From: the human T2T-CHM13v2.0 reference genome, Homo sapiens
Direction: 5' to 3' (one strand)
Length of the DNA: 64,000 bases
NCBI RefSeq assembly: GCF_009914755.1
Contig: NC_060931.1
A model generated the notes under the pieces. It made no database searches, was not told where the DNA came from, and saw only the letters and a program-made list of their open reading frames with translations. The position numbers and the translations under genes were made by a program. How positions within the stretch are numbered: the first letter of the stretch is position 1; each line of letters begins with the position of its first letter. Shown here one piece after another: positions 1 to 14,246 of the stretch.

Positions 1-169
1 CAAAAGAAAAAAACTAAGCCATTAGCATAAGGAAGAAGAAAAAAAAAGGAAAAAAACCCAGAACATTAAAGAAGAGGCAGAATGCATCAGTGCCTGGTTC
101 TCATTCCAGGAGGTAAGAATAGTGAATGCTTTTGCAGGCACAAATGTGGATTGTTTTTTTCAGATAGTA

Positions 170-452
170 TAATGAAAATCAAAATATTTATTGTGTATCT
201 TCTACATGTTGTTTGCATGTACCTATGTAGGGCACAGAGAGGATGAAAGGAGGAACTTGCATCTTTCTCTCTCTGTTTCCCTGGGCACTTGTAGAGCAGA
301 TGTATCTCCTCCTCTCCCTCCAGACGATATCTCTAAAGCCATGTTTTTAATGCAATTCAAAAATATTTATTGTGTATGTTCTCTACTACTTCTTCTTGTG
401 CCTGTGTAGGGCACAGAGGAGATGAAAAAACTACGAGCTCATCTATTTCTCT
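170..452. repeat. Diverged direct repeat (~100 bp copies at 170-272 and 348-452)
   Basis: Both copies share taatg..a.tcaaaatatttattgtgtat ... cct.tgtagggcacagag..gatgaaa ... catct; period ~178 bp. Confidence 0.75.
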
Positions 453-496
453 TACTTGAAGAACTGATGTTCTGATGGGGAAAAAGGGCAAACATT

Positions 497-1019
<523 letters not shown>

Positions 1020-1379
1020 TCAGGAGAAGGCAACAATTATGAGTCGAGGGTGCAGACGAGAACATCTCTTCAGCCTCCCCTTTGCCCCACAGATGGGTGC
1101 CCTGGGTGAGGAGTGAAGGGAACGTCTGTCCCCAGGTAGATGCTAGAAGGGGCTAGAGCAGGACCTGCATGCCAGAGCCCAGCATGTGGTCTGCATGCCC
1201 CCAGCTGTGTCTTCTAGATGCTGCTCATGAAGCCATTTCCTTTTCTTCTTGCAGGGATAGCAGGAAGGTGGCAGGGGGTCTCAGGCAGAAGCCCTGGAGC
1301 CTGGCACACAGAATGAGATGGTAACTCTGTCTTCTTTCCTTGTAGGTTTATCACTGAAGAACAAGAGGGTCTCATCCCC

Positions 1380-1556
1380 TTTTTCCTCTTTTTATTTTTA
1401 TTTTTGAGAGAGTGTCTCACTCTGTCACCCGGGCTGGTGTGCAGTGGTGCCATCTCGGCTCACTGCAACCTCCACCTTGCTCAAGCAATTCTCCTGCTTC
1501 GGCCTCCTGAGTAGCTGGGATTACAGGCATGCAACACCATACCTGGCTAATTTTTG

Positions 1557-1589
<33 letters not shown>

Positions 1590-2013
1590 ATATATATATA
1601 TATGTATATATATGTGTGTATATATATGTATATATATGTGTATATATATGTATATATGTGTATATATATGTATATGTATATGTATATATATGTGTATATA
1701 TATGTATATGTATATATATGTGTATATATGTATATGTATATATATACGTATATATATATACATATATATATACGTGTATATATATGTATATATATACGTA
1801 TATATATACGTATATATATATACGTATATATACACGTATATATATATACGTATATATATATGTGTATATATATATGTTTTTTTTTTTTTTTTAGTACAGA
1901 TGGGGTTTCACCATGTCGGCCAGGCTGGTCTTGAACTCCTGACCTCAGGTGATGCAACCGCCTTGGCCTCCCAAAGTGTTGGGATTATAGGCATGTGAGC
2001 CACAGTGCCCAGC
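1380..2013 (-). mobile_element. Alu with microsatellite expanded in its central linker
   Basis: Antisense right arm 1400-1555 and left arm 1876-2013. Confidence 0.9.
1556..1876. repeat. Compound (TA)n/(TG)n/(TATACG)n microsatellite
   Basis: ~320 bp of alternating purine-pyrimidine sequence. Confidence 0.97.
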
Positions 2014-2109
2014 CCCCTTTTTCCTTTCAAGAGGGCACACTGGGCTTTGTAATTTGTTGGCCAGGGCTTACTCTCAGAGGCAAAACAAAATGCTTCCATT
2101 TCTTTTTCT

Positions 2110-2695
2110 CTTTTTATTTATAAACTTTGTAGAGACAAGATCTCTTTTTTTTTAAATTTTATTATTATTATACTTTAAGTTTTAGGGTACATGTGCACAA
2201 CGTGCAGGTTTGTTACATATGTATATATGTGCCATGTTGGTGTGCTGCACCCATTAACTCGTCATTTAGCATTAAGTGTATCTCCTAATGCTATCCCTCC
2301 CCTTCCCCCCACCCCACAAGAGTCCCTGGTGTGTGATGTTCCCCTTCCTGTGTCCATGTGTTCTCATTGTTCAATTCCCACCTATGAGTGAGAACATGCA
2401 GTGTTTGGTTTTTTGTCCTTGCAATAGTTTGCTGAGAATGATGGTTTCCAGCTTCATCCATGTCCCTACAAAGGACATGAACTCATCATTTTTTACGGCT
2501 GCATAGTATTCCATGGTGTATATGTGCCACATTTTCTTAATCCAGTCTATCATTGTTGGACATTTGGGTTGGTTCCAAGTCTTTGCTATCTCAAGATGTT
2601 GCCCAGGCTTGTCTCAAACTCCTGGCCTCAAGTGATCCTCCCACCTCGGCCTCCCAAAGGGCAGAGATTACAGGTGTGAGCCACTGCGCCTGGCT
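2110..2695 (-). mobile_element. FLAM/AluJ left monomer interrupted by an L1
   Basis: tttgtagagacaagatctc ... aagatgttgcccaggcttgtctcaaactcctggcctcaagtgatcc. Confidence 0.75.
2145..2589 (-). mobile_element. Young L1PA 3' end (L1PA3/4-like), 5'-truncated
   Basis: Antisense ttatactttaagttttagggtacatgtgcacaacgtgcagg; ORF 2371-2553 gives ORF2 C-terminus WIKKMWHIYTMEYYAAVKNDEFMSF. Confidence 0.95.
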
Positions 2696-3034
2696 GGCTT
2701 CCACTTTTTGAGAAACAAGGATTATAGAAGAAAACAGTTGGATTGCCAAAGAGAAAGTCAAAACAGTGAGGCCCCTGAACTTGGCAGCAGGGTGATTTCT
2801 GAGAACAGCAGAGGATATGGAGGTTGTGGCTTCACACTTTCAGTAACCCTGGGGTTTGCTCCCCTGTGACACCCCAAGATGGACAAAAGTGGCACAAGGG
2901 CTCTTGGGGACTGAATTCTAAAATCCTTTATGGGAGCTTCCAAGAAGGACCTATGAAGGTCAACATGGTAGGTCCTTCCCAGAGCATATGGATGGCTTGA
3001 ACCTCCTCCTGTCCCATGATTCTTGTTTGGAAGG

Positions 3035-3383
3035 TGTATTAGTCTGTCCTCACGCTGCCAATAAAGGTATACCCGAGGCTGGGTAATTTACAAAGGAAAG
3101 AGGTTTAATGGATCCACAGTTCCACATGGCTGGGGAGGCCTCATTGGCATGGTGGAAGGTGAGGGAGGAGCAAAGTCATGTCTTACATGGCGGCAGGCAA
3201 GAGAGCATGTTCAAGGGAACTCCTCCTTATAAAACCGTCAGATCTCATGAGACTTACCTAGTATCACGAGAACAGCATGGGAGACCTGCCCCCAAGATTC
3301 AATTACCTCCCACCAGGTCCCTCCCATTATGGGAGCTGCAATTCATGATGAGATTTAGGTGGGGACACAGCCAAACCATATCA
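3035..3383 (-). mobile_element. THE1 (MaLR) solo LTR
   Basis: tgtattagtc...ccaaaccatatca termini; perfect 5-bp TSD GAAGG (3030-3034, 3384-3388). Confidence 0.93.
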
Positions 3384-3671
3384 GAAGGAAAGAGGCCTGT
3401 TCAGAGCTCATATCTGTATCTAAGCAATCTTGTCAAGGGTTCTTCAAGCTTAATTTCATTAGGAAATAAAAATACTAGAACAGCGTTTGCTCTTGAGCAT
3501 TGTGGAGTAGATTCTCTGATGCAGACAGAGAGATCCTTGGAGGGAAGAATGATGCATGAAAATCCAGGGGGATGAGGCATTTGACAAGACTCAGCAGGGA
3601 AAAACTCTACAGCCCTGGACACTATAGGGGAATATCTATTACATTGAATTTCACAGAATTAAACATGTTTA

Positions 3672-4014
<343 letters not shown>

Positions 4015-4215
4015 TTAATAACAGCTGTTTCATGAAAATGAAAAAAAGCAGTTTGTTAAGGAGCATGATATTTTGAAAGAATGCCTAAAAGGAGAATAAG
4101 AATTAGAATAAGGAAGATGAGGAGGGAAGAGAAAGGAGAAAGAGGAGGGGAAGAGAAGGGGGAGGAGGAGAAGGAGAATGAAGTGAGGAGGAGCAGAAGG
4201 ATGGGAAGAAAGAAG

Positions 4216-4510
4216 GGCCAGGCGCCGTGGCTCATGCCTGTAATCCCAGCACTTTGGGAGGCAGCGGCAGGGGGATCACGATGTCAGAGTTCAAGACTAG
4301 CCTGGCCAAGATGGTGAAACCCCCGTCTCTACTAAAAATACAAAACTTAGCCAGGCATGTTGGCAGGTGCCTGTAATCCCACCTACTGGGGAGGCTGAGG
4401 CAGAGAATTGCTTGAACCTGGGAAGCAGAAGTTGCAGTGAGCTGAGATTGCACCACTGCACTCCAGCCTGAGGGACAGAGTGAGACTCCATCTCAAAAAA
4501 AAAAAAGAAA
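4216..4510 (+). mobile_element. AluS
   Basis: Full dimer within GA-rich sequence. Confidence 0.9.
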
Positions 4511-5025
4511 GAAAGAAAGAAAAGAAAGAGGGATAAGTTGAGGAGGATGGGGAGGAGAAAGAGAAGGAGGGAGAAAAGGAGGAGGGGGAGGAGGAGAAGA
4601 AAAAAGGGGGCAAGAAAAGAAGGAAGAAGAGCGTGAAGGAGAGGAGAGAAAGGAGGAGGAGAGAAGAAGGAGAAGAAGGAGGACTGGGAGGAGGAGAAGA
4701 AAATAGGCGGCAGGAAAAGAAGGAAGAAGAGGGGGAGGGAGAGGAGAGAAAGGAGGAGGAGGAGGAGAAGGGGGACTGGGAGGAGGAGAAAAAGAAGAGA
4801 AAGGGGAAAGAGAAGAACAAGGAGATAGAGGGGGGAAGTCAGGAGAAGGAAGAGGAAGAGAAGGAGGAGGAGGGGATGCTGGAGGGAGAAGGGGATGAGG
4901 GAGGAGAAGCAGGAGGATGAGGAGGAGAAGGAGAAGAGGTAGAAAAAGGAGGAGAAGAAGAAGAAAGAAGAAGAAGAGGAGGAGGAGGAGGAAGAAGAAG
5001 TAGCAAGAAGAAGAAGAGAGGGCAA
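4500..5025. repeat. Polypurine GA-rich low-complexity tract (GAA/GAG/GGA)
   Basis: Almost only A/G over ~525 bp; a similar tract lies at 4085-4215. Confidence 0.95.
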
Positions 5026-5567
5026 CAGAATATGCCTGGTTGCAGCCCTGGTTATTGCTGTAATTTTGGGTACACTATTTCTGGCCCCCTACTTTCTACA
5101 TCTGTGATCCAAAATAATGGGATTGTATTAAATATTTACTTCCAATAAAATCTTACACAGAAGCCCAGCACATGCTGCTTAGATGGAGGAGGTATGGATT
5201 ATGGTGTTTGGAGTGTGTGTGTGCATATGTGTATGCCTGCGTGCCTGTGTGTGTACGCGTGTGTGAGAATGCAAAAATGTTAACTCTATTCTGGGGCAAG
5301 TTGGAGCAGCTCTGTGTGCCCATGGTAACTCTCTATTCTGGTACTCTTTGGTAAGCACATGGAAGCTGTCTGGAAGGCATTTGGGAGAGGAAAACAGAGA
5401 GAGGAACTTGCTGTTTAGCCCTGGCTAAGCGGGGAGGTGGCAGGAGGGTTAGGACACACTCAATGGGCCCAGCATCAAAATGCGGGAGGAACAGAAACAA
5501 AATTCAGACTCCACGCTGACATCAGCTGGGAAGTTCCATCAGACAAAATCCAAAGTCTGACATATTT

Positions 5568-5870
5568 GGCCGGGTGCGGTGGCTCACACCTGTAATCCCA
5601 GCACTTTGGGGGACCAAGGCGGGCAGATAACCTGAGGTCAGGAGTTCGAGAACAGCCTGGCCAACATGGTGAAACCGTGTCTCTACCAAAAATACAAAAA
5701 CTAGCCGGGCTTGGTGGCGGGCACCTGTAATCCCAGCTACTCAGGAGGCTGAGGCAGGAGAATCACTTGAACTCAGGAGGCGGAGGTTGCAGTGAGCCAA
5801 GATCGCACCACTGTACTCCAGCCTGGGCGACAGAGCGAGACTCAGTCTCAAAAGCAAAAAAAAAAAAAAA
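5568..5870 (+). mobile_element. AluS
   Basis: Full dimer plus A tail. Confidence 0.92.
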
Positions 5871-5914
5871 ATACTTCAGTCTCCTCATATATAAAATGAA
5901 GATAATAATCTCCA

Positions 5915-6100
5915 TCAGTGGCTGTCACAGCATGGTTCCCAGACAGCAGCATCCACATCCCCTGACGACTCAGTACAAATGCATATTTTGGGATCCACTC
6001 TCGACCTACAGAATCAGGAAATCTGAAGGTGGTGCCCAGGACGCTATGTTAACAGGTCTTCCCGAGCTTCCAATGCCTGCTTGGTTTCGAGAGCCTTGGT
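5915..6100. mobile_element. MER5A-like hAT-Charlie DNA transposon remnant
   Basis: cagcagcatc...aaatgcatattttggg...gacctacagaatcaggaaatctg...gcccagg. Confidence 0.6.
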
Positions 6101-7442
6101 CTTTGTCTCCTGGTTATTAGGATGCTGAAACAGGGACTGTGTCGGAAACACTCTCCTTGCATGCTGTAAGCCATCTTGAAACGATTTGCTTTTAGCACGA
6201 GTTCAAATATCCTGGCTTAGATGGAATTGCATGGCCAAATCCGGATGAGGCTGCAAATGAGATCACCAAAGTCCTACAGCTGGCACAGCGCTTTCACAAA
6301 AGGGAAAGTCGGTCGGATATTTTCTAGTCTAACCAGATGGTGAGGCGGCAGGAGGAGGCTCTCAGGAGCGGTTGGGGTAACCAGAATAGATCTCTTCCTC
6401 TCCGATCGTCTTCCCCCGAGCACCTTCCTCCTTTCACTTAGTCAGTGTAATAAATATAATTGGAAGCACACACAGCTCCTACTTGCAGGCAAGCATAAAT
6501 TATTCCTCTAGCACTAGGAACACTCATTTGTAACATAGATTAAATTTGGCTCTGGACTGGGGAGGGATTACACCTTTAAAATTTGTTTCATCATTTAAGG
6601 AAATCACTCACTCTCCACATCAGGATGGATTAGAATGTGTCAGTATTAATACCGGACATTTCCCTGTTGTCACTTGTTGTTAGAGGAACAATTATTTCAC
6701 GTCTGAGTAAAAATCTTACTCGGAGGGTAAAGTTAATGTAGCATGCAGAGCTGTGTGGAAACAAGGCTTGGACGTCTTATGAACACAGGCAATTGCCCAT
6801 TACGGTGTTGGTTAACATATTTCTTCCACTTCATCTGTTTTACTGTATATAAGAGCATTATTGTTTTGCTTAGAAGAGGCTTTGGCCGCTCTGAACTCGG
6901 ATCAACGTGACGCAGACTCACAGTTCAAAGGTTAAAAGAGAATTGATCTGTGAGCTTTCGCCAATCTCTTGCTCTGCTCCCTGCTCTCTAAAGGATAAAT
7001 CTCTTTTTCAGATAAATCCAGATTGCTTTTTCAATAGATTGGCTTTTGGCCTCTTCTGCAGAACAGTACTTTGACTTAACCTGGACAGCCTCCCTGTAGC
7101 TATGAAGAAATCATTTCTAACATCTGAGGTTAATTCGGTAAATGAAGCATTGGATTTTCTTTCATGGAAGCAAGAAAAATTGTTTGGATGAGGTTAGCAA
7201 AGGCAAGGCAAGCTCAGGGGACATTCCCTGGGGCTCTACCCCTGGATGAGGTTCTATTGAACCTTTATTGTAAGGCTAAATGAGTAAAAATGGGGCCTGG
7301 GGGGAGGGTGGGGGAACCAAGTAGTCATTTCTGCATTGCCTTTTGCGTTTTGAGTGATTTCTGCATTGCATTTTGCATTTTGAGTGATTGCGATTGAGAA
7401 ATGTGGAATGGGTAGAATTAGTTCCAATTGACAGATGGGTAG

Positions 7443-7748
<306 letters not shown>

Positions 7749-8395
7749 TAGGTTTGAATCCAAGTGCTTGCAGAAGGGAAAGAAAAAGGAAAGACATTTG
7801 TGATGAGAAATATCACACTAAACTGTACAGAAGTCTCTCAGCCTCTCGAATGAAGTATTCTGCCTGCCTCCTGGTCTCAGGATCCCCTATCTTAACCATG
7901 TCCCTTGGCAATATTTTACCTGGGAACAATTCTCTTGAAAGGTCCTCCCAGAAAGCAAGGACTAACTGATTTGATGGAATTTGTTATCCTACATTATGAC
8001 TTGGTGGGAGATCAGGCCCCCGAGGATTGGGAAAGAGAAAAGCTCTTCCAAGTCTTTCCTGATGAGACTCTTTCAACTCTTACGTACAACTTCCTTGCAT
8101 ACAAATAAAACACCTCTGCAGGTCAGGGACCTTCAGACCCCTGCTGGACCAGGATATCCACTGCAGCCCTTTAGCCCTGGGACCCTTCCCTATGCCTAAC
8201 CTTTGACCTTCTCTGGGGAGACATAACAGTGTGTGTGGGGGTGGGCATTGGCATGCAAGGAAGTTGCACAAAAGAGTTGAAAGAGTCTTATCAGGAAATT
8301 TCTGGGAATGAGGCTTTCCAAGAGAAGGAGACCTGTGTGATCTGAAAAGGGACCACAGGAAGGGGATAGGTGATGGACTTCAAGAACACAGAAGC

Positions 8396-8700
8396 TGACC
8401 AGGCATGGTGGCTCACGCCTGTAATTCTAGCGCTTTGGGAGGCTGAGGCAGGAAGATCCTTTGAGTCCAAGAGTTCGACACCAGCCTTGGTAACATAGTG
8501 AGACCCCCACCTCTAAGAAAAATCAATAAATAAACAAAACCACCTGGGTGTGGTGGTGCACTCGTGTGGTCCCAGCTACTTGGGAGGCTGAGGTGGGAGG
8601 ATCACTTGAGCCTAGGGAGGTGGAGGCTGTCATTGTGTCACTGCATTCCCAGCCTGGATGACAGAGCAAGACCCTGTCAAAAAAAAAAAAAAAAAGAAGA
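8396..8700 (+). mobile_element. AluJ
   Basis: Dimer with J-type gaggatcacttgagcc. Confidence 0.9.
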
Positions 8701-8836
8701 AGAAATATTTGGGCTTCTGATAACAATTCAATGCAAGTTCAAACAATTAGAGGATGAATATCTACTAGGCTTCTTTGTGCCAGAAATATTTTGAAAGCCC
8801 ATGTTTATTTCCTATAATCTTTAGTGAAATGATATG

Positions 8837-9226
8837 TGCTATGTGTAATTGTGCCTCCCTCAAAAATTCATTTGTTAAAGTCCTAACCTCCAATATTTCA
8901 GAATATGACTTTATTTGGAGATAAGATCTTTCCTGAGGTTATCAAGTTAAACTGACATCAGTCGGGTGAGCCCTAATCCAGTATGACTGGTGTCCCTGTG
9001 CAAAAGTGAAATTTGGACAGATGCATATAGAGTGAAGATATTGAGAAGAGGCGCAGGGAGAAGATAGCTGTCTACAAGCCAAAGAGAGAGGTCTCAGAAG
9101 GACCCAACCCTGCTGAAACCTTGATCTCGGACTTCCGGTCTTCAGAACTGTGAGATCATACATTTCTGTTGTTCAAGCCATCCAGTCTGGGTTCCTCTGT
9201 TATGGCAGTCTGAGAAAATGAATACA
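8837..9226 (+). mobile_element. MLT1B-like MaLR solo LTR
   Basis: tgctatg...gccctaatccagtatgactggtgtcc...tgttatggcag...aataca. Confidence 0.85.
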
Positions 9227-9253
9227 GTAAGTCAAAATAAAAATGACTGCTGT

Positions 9254-9570
<317 letters not shown>

Positions 9571-9915
9571 CATTGCTGCAGCATGAATGGATCTCAAAAA
9601 CATTACATGAAGTGCAAGAAGCCAACACGAAAGGGCACATTCTATGTGAGACCATTTATATGAAGTATCCAGAATTCATAGATCCACAGGGATCTATGGA
9701 GAAAGCAGACTGATGGTGGCCAGGGACTGGAAGAAGGAGGGAATGAGATGTGACAACTTAATGGGTACAGTGTCTCGTTTGAAAGTGATGCAAATGTCCC
9801 GTAACCAGCTGGCAAGGACGGTTGCGCAATTCTGTGAATGTACTAAACTTCCCTGCGTTGTACACTTGAAAATGAGTCATTTTCTGTTATATAGATTTCA
9901 CCTCAATTAAAACAA
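9571..9915 (+). mobile_element. Old L1 (L1MB-like) 3' UTR end
   Basis: catgaatggatctcaaaaacatta...ttgtacacttgaaaatg...tttcacctcaattaaaa. Confidence 0.75.
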
Positions 9916-10021
9916 AAGAAGAAGACGGATGGTGTGCACCACTTGCAGATAAGAGCTGCTGGCGAAAAGAGGTGACCTGAAGAGTCCGCGTTCCATTTTG
10001 TAGCTTACCTTTATTGAGTAG

Positions 10022-10442
<421 letters not shown>

Positions 10443-10499
10443 TAGGTGTTGGACATGGCATTGCTGAATTACGTGGGCAGGAAATCACTTGTCCACTTC

Positions 10500-10879
10500 T
10501 GTTGTCCCTGACTTAAGATAGTTTGATTTACGATAATTTGACTTACAATGGTTTGACTTACGATGGTTTGACTTATAATTTTTTGACTTTAGGATGGTGC
10601 AAATGTGATATTTACTTAGTAAAAGCCATACTTTGAATTTTTAATTTTGATTCAAAATGATTTATAATCACTTTATTATAAAACAGGCTTGGTGTTAGAT
10701 GATTTTGCTGTAGGCTAATATAAGCATTCTGAGCTAGACAGAATGCTAGGCTAAGGCAGGCAAGGCTAAGTTATGTTTGGTAGGTCCAGCGTACTGAATG
10801 CACTTTCAAAGTAAGATATTTTTGTTTTATGATAGATTTATCCAAATGTGACTCCTTTGTAAGTCAAAGAGCGTCTGTA
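10500..10879 (-). mobile_element. MER47-like Tigger DNA transposon
   Basis: gacttacgatgg subterminal repeats; right end gtaagtcaaagagcgtctg followed by TA. Confidence 0.8.
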
Positions 10880-11350
10880 ATTGTGCTGGGCCTCACGTAA
10901 GAAAACACCTGCCCCAGCGCCCTCTTCAGAATCTGGATGAATCTCTGCAGCAGATGTATTTCTTGGGCTGCTTTGGCATTTTTTGAATCCCCTTTCTACA
11001 TTGGAAAATTTCCAAGCTTTTGAGTCTTGCGTCTTCAAGACGGAAGCCAGGAACTCGTTTCCAGGCATCCTTGTAACTAGGGCACAGTGACACAGATCCA
11101 ATGTGAATAGCTGAGAACAATTTAGCAGGCAGTGACATGAGGAAGGGGGTTCTTTGCAGAATTGATGCCTGATGAGGGTGACAAAGGGTGTCCAGCGTTC
11201 AGGGGCAGCTGAACAGGGCTCAGGATGGAGGTCCCACACTGAACCATGGGGGAGGGCTTTTTATGCTGTGAAAGGGGCTCTAGAATTCAATATGGCGTGG
11301 GCATTTGGCCTTGGAGCCTCCAGCCTTGCTTCTGTGAGCCCTCGTGGTGA

Positions 11351-11626
<276 letters not shown>

Positions 11627-11878
11627 GGCTGCCTTTTTTACTGAACTAAGTGTGGTTTTGCCAATAAGGACCTCTACTGAGACAGCCCACCAGGCAATGC
11701 TGGACAACCTGCTTGCTTTGAAGGCAGGGTTGTACCAAGAGGGACAGCATCTGGAGGCTCCAGGCTGGCCTTGGAGTGGTCTATGGTTGGACCATTTGCA
11801 GGAGAGGAAGAGTCATGTCAGTTGATGAGAACACTCTGCACTCTACATGAGCAGTCTACCCTTCACCCTTTTCCTACC

Positions 11879-12172
11879 TTTTTTTTTTTTTTTTTTGAGA
11901 CAGATATCATCTGTCACTTAGGCTGGAGTCCAGTGGTATGATCTTGGCTCACTGTATCCTCGATCTATCTGGCTCAAGCAATCCTCCTGCCTCAGCCCGT
12001 GAGGAGCTGGAACCACAAGTGTGTACCACCATGACCAACTAATTTTTACTTTTTGTAGAGGTGGGGTCTCCCTGTGTTTCCCAGGCTGGTTTCGAACTCC
12101 TGAGCTCAAGCAATCTGCCTACCTCGGCTTCCCAAATTGCTGAGATTACAGATGTGGGGTACCTTGACTGGC
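11879..12172 (-). mobile_element. AluJ
   Basis: Diverged antisense dimer. Confidence 0.88.
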
Positions 12173-12478
12173 TCTCCTACCCTTTCTTCCTGACCTTCCT
12201 TTTGCTTTGGACTACATCTAAACCAGACTCCACCTGGACATGGCTTTCAAGGCTGGAAAGAATTGATCACCTAGGGCAGGAATGGTAAACACTTTCCATT
12301 TGTTCCATGAAATGTCACATTAATCGGGCAGAGAATATCATCCTGCCAAGCCTGAATATGGTCTTGGGGTCTGCTCAACACTACACTCCTAGCATCAACC
12401 TCTAGTAGTTTAATGTCAGCACAGACAATCAAATCTCCTCACTATCTCTGCCCCATAGCCTTACCTTAAACACTTAAC

Positions 12479-12670
12479 GGGCTGGGCATGGTGGCTCACA
12501 TCTGTAATCTCAGCACTTTGGGAGGCTGAGGTGGGAAGATCGCTTGAGCCCAGGAGCTCGAGGCTTCAGTGAGCCATGATAACGTTACTATACTCCAGCC
12601 TGGGTGACCAAGCAAGACCCTGTCTCTAAAAAAATAAAAATAAAAATAAACTAGAAAAACAAAACAAAAC
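12479..12670 (+). mobile_element. Alu monomer (FRAM/FAM-like)
   Basis: Single monomer plus A-rich tail. Confidence 0.85.
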
Positions 12671-13750
12671 ACCTAACATATTATGATGGGGAGAGAGAGG
12701 CCTTTACAGTATTGCAGGGAAAAGACAAATGGATCGGAACATGCATCTGCCCTTTGGGGCACTATCCAGAACTTCTTGCTATTCTTATTTCAGCAGTAAC
12801 CACATGGATTTTTATAGAAACTACATTTGTAAAATTCACATAATTAGGGAATGTCAAAGGAAGCACGTGTTTCATGGGATCTGCAGTCCTTATTAAGAGA
12901 GAGGAGAACTGAGAGGGAGCCAGTTGAGGTGAGGGTTTGCTTGGAATCAGGAGCTCTCTGCAGAAGCCAGACCTGAGTAGATCTGAGGGGCCAACACTGA
13001 GGTGCACAGTTGAGAGGACCCCATTAAGACTACTCTAGAGACTTGGGCTCTTGAGATGCCATGGGTCTGGTTGGACACTCTGCCCTCTCCTGGTAAAGGC
13101 TCCTCTGCTCTAACCTTTGAGAAAGACATAGAAGCATTGGCCTTGTTTTCTCTCACATGGAGAGAAGTTAGGGGCCATCAGCTGGTGTTTCTCAATCTGG
13201 GCACAATTATCACTGGGGGCAAGAACATCCCCCATTACCTGTGGCTGGAAAATTGGCATCCTTGACCCTTTCAATGTCCTTAGAGCTCCTTTTCCTTTCC
13301 CTAAAGTTATAGGAGCAACTCAATGCCTCCTCATGCATTTCCAAATGTCCCTGTTTGAGGCTAACTCATTGAGTGGGTGAAGGAAAGAGATGTGTTTGAA
13401 TTCACCCACAGAGAGGCAGGAGTGGAATGAGATCTTGAAGTCCTTAATCCAAAACTCTTTCCATTGAGATGTTCATGCAGGAAAAAAAAAATAAAGTTAT
13501 TTCCATAGAAAACTGTATGTGTGTGTGCACCTGTGTGTGTTAAGGAGACATGTGTGTAAATGTGACCCAACACACAGTGTCAGACTGAGAAACTCCAGCA
13601 CTTTGCAAGAAGCTAGACTTTGTACATTTGAAACAGGATGGAAGTCATGCCCTGCACCATAAAGTTAGCATCTCACAGACACCTAAGCTCACCCACTCCC
13701 CAAGGTGCTTTTCTCTTCCCTATGTTAAGTTAGTTTACATTACAGCGAGG

Positions 13751-14246
13751 TGTTACCAAAATGTCAGGGGTTCAGTCTAGGTCCTGCTATTCACCACACA
13801 GAAAGCCAATCACTGAGACAATGAGTAGTGCCAAGGAAGAAGGCTTTAATCCGGTGCTGCAGTTAAGGAGATGGGAGATCAGCCTCAAATCCATCTCCCT
13901 GACCAACTAAAATTAGGAGTTTATACAGCAGAGAAGAAATGTAATCATGTGTGGGAAACAGGAATTGGGGAGGGGTAAGGAAGAGAAGTTGGTCAATGGG
14001 AAGCAGGTAGTTGCTTAGGCAATTATGATGGATGAGGGGTCTGGTATCTCATTATCCAGATGTGATGGTCTTGTGAGTTTCAGCTCCTTGATTCTATCTG
14101 GGAGGCCTGATGGTGGTTTCCTGAGAAAGGAACTCAGATAAGACAAAAGTAACTTTCTTGAGTTTTAAGACTGGGAGGGTCAATTTATATGTTTATTCAA
14201 AAGAAACCATAAACATCATTTCTAGGGGACAATTGGGATGGTTTCA
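13751..14246 (-). mobile_element. ERV1 solo LTR (LOR1a-like)
   Basis: Termini tgttacc...ggtttca; reverse complement begins tgaaaccatcccaattgtcccc; 496 bp. Confidence 0.75.

Noticed and set aside
1444-1998. Tyr/Ile-rich ORFs of 104-184 aa
   Set aside because: Translations of the (TA)n microsatellite and the flanking Alu.
3108-3575. 155-aa ORF
   Set aside because: Mostly antisense THE1 LTR sequence; similar peptides appear at the other THE1 copies.
4297-5025. 242-aa Leu/Ser/Phe-rich ORF and Glu/Lys-rich ORFs
   Set aside because: Low-complexity GA tract lacking stop codons; the same applies to 34887-35372 and 21745-22293.
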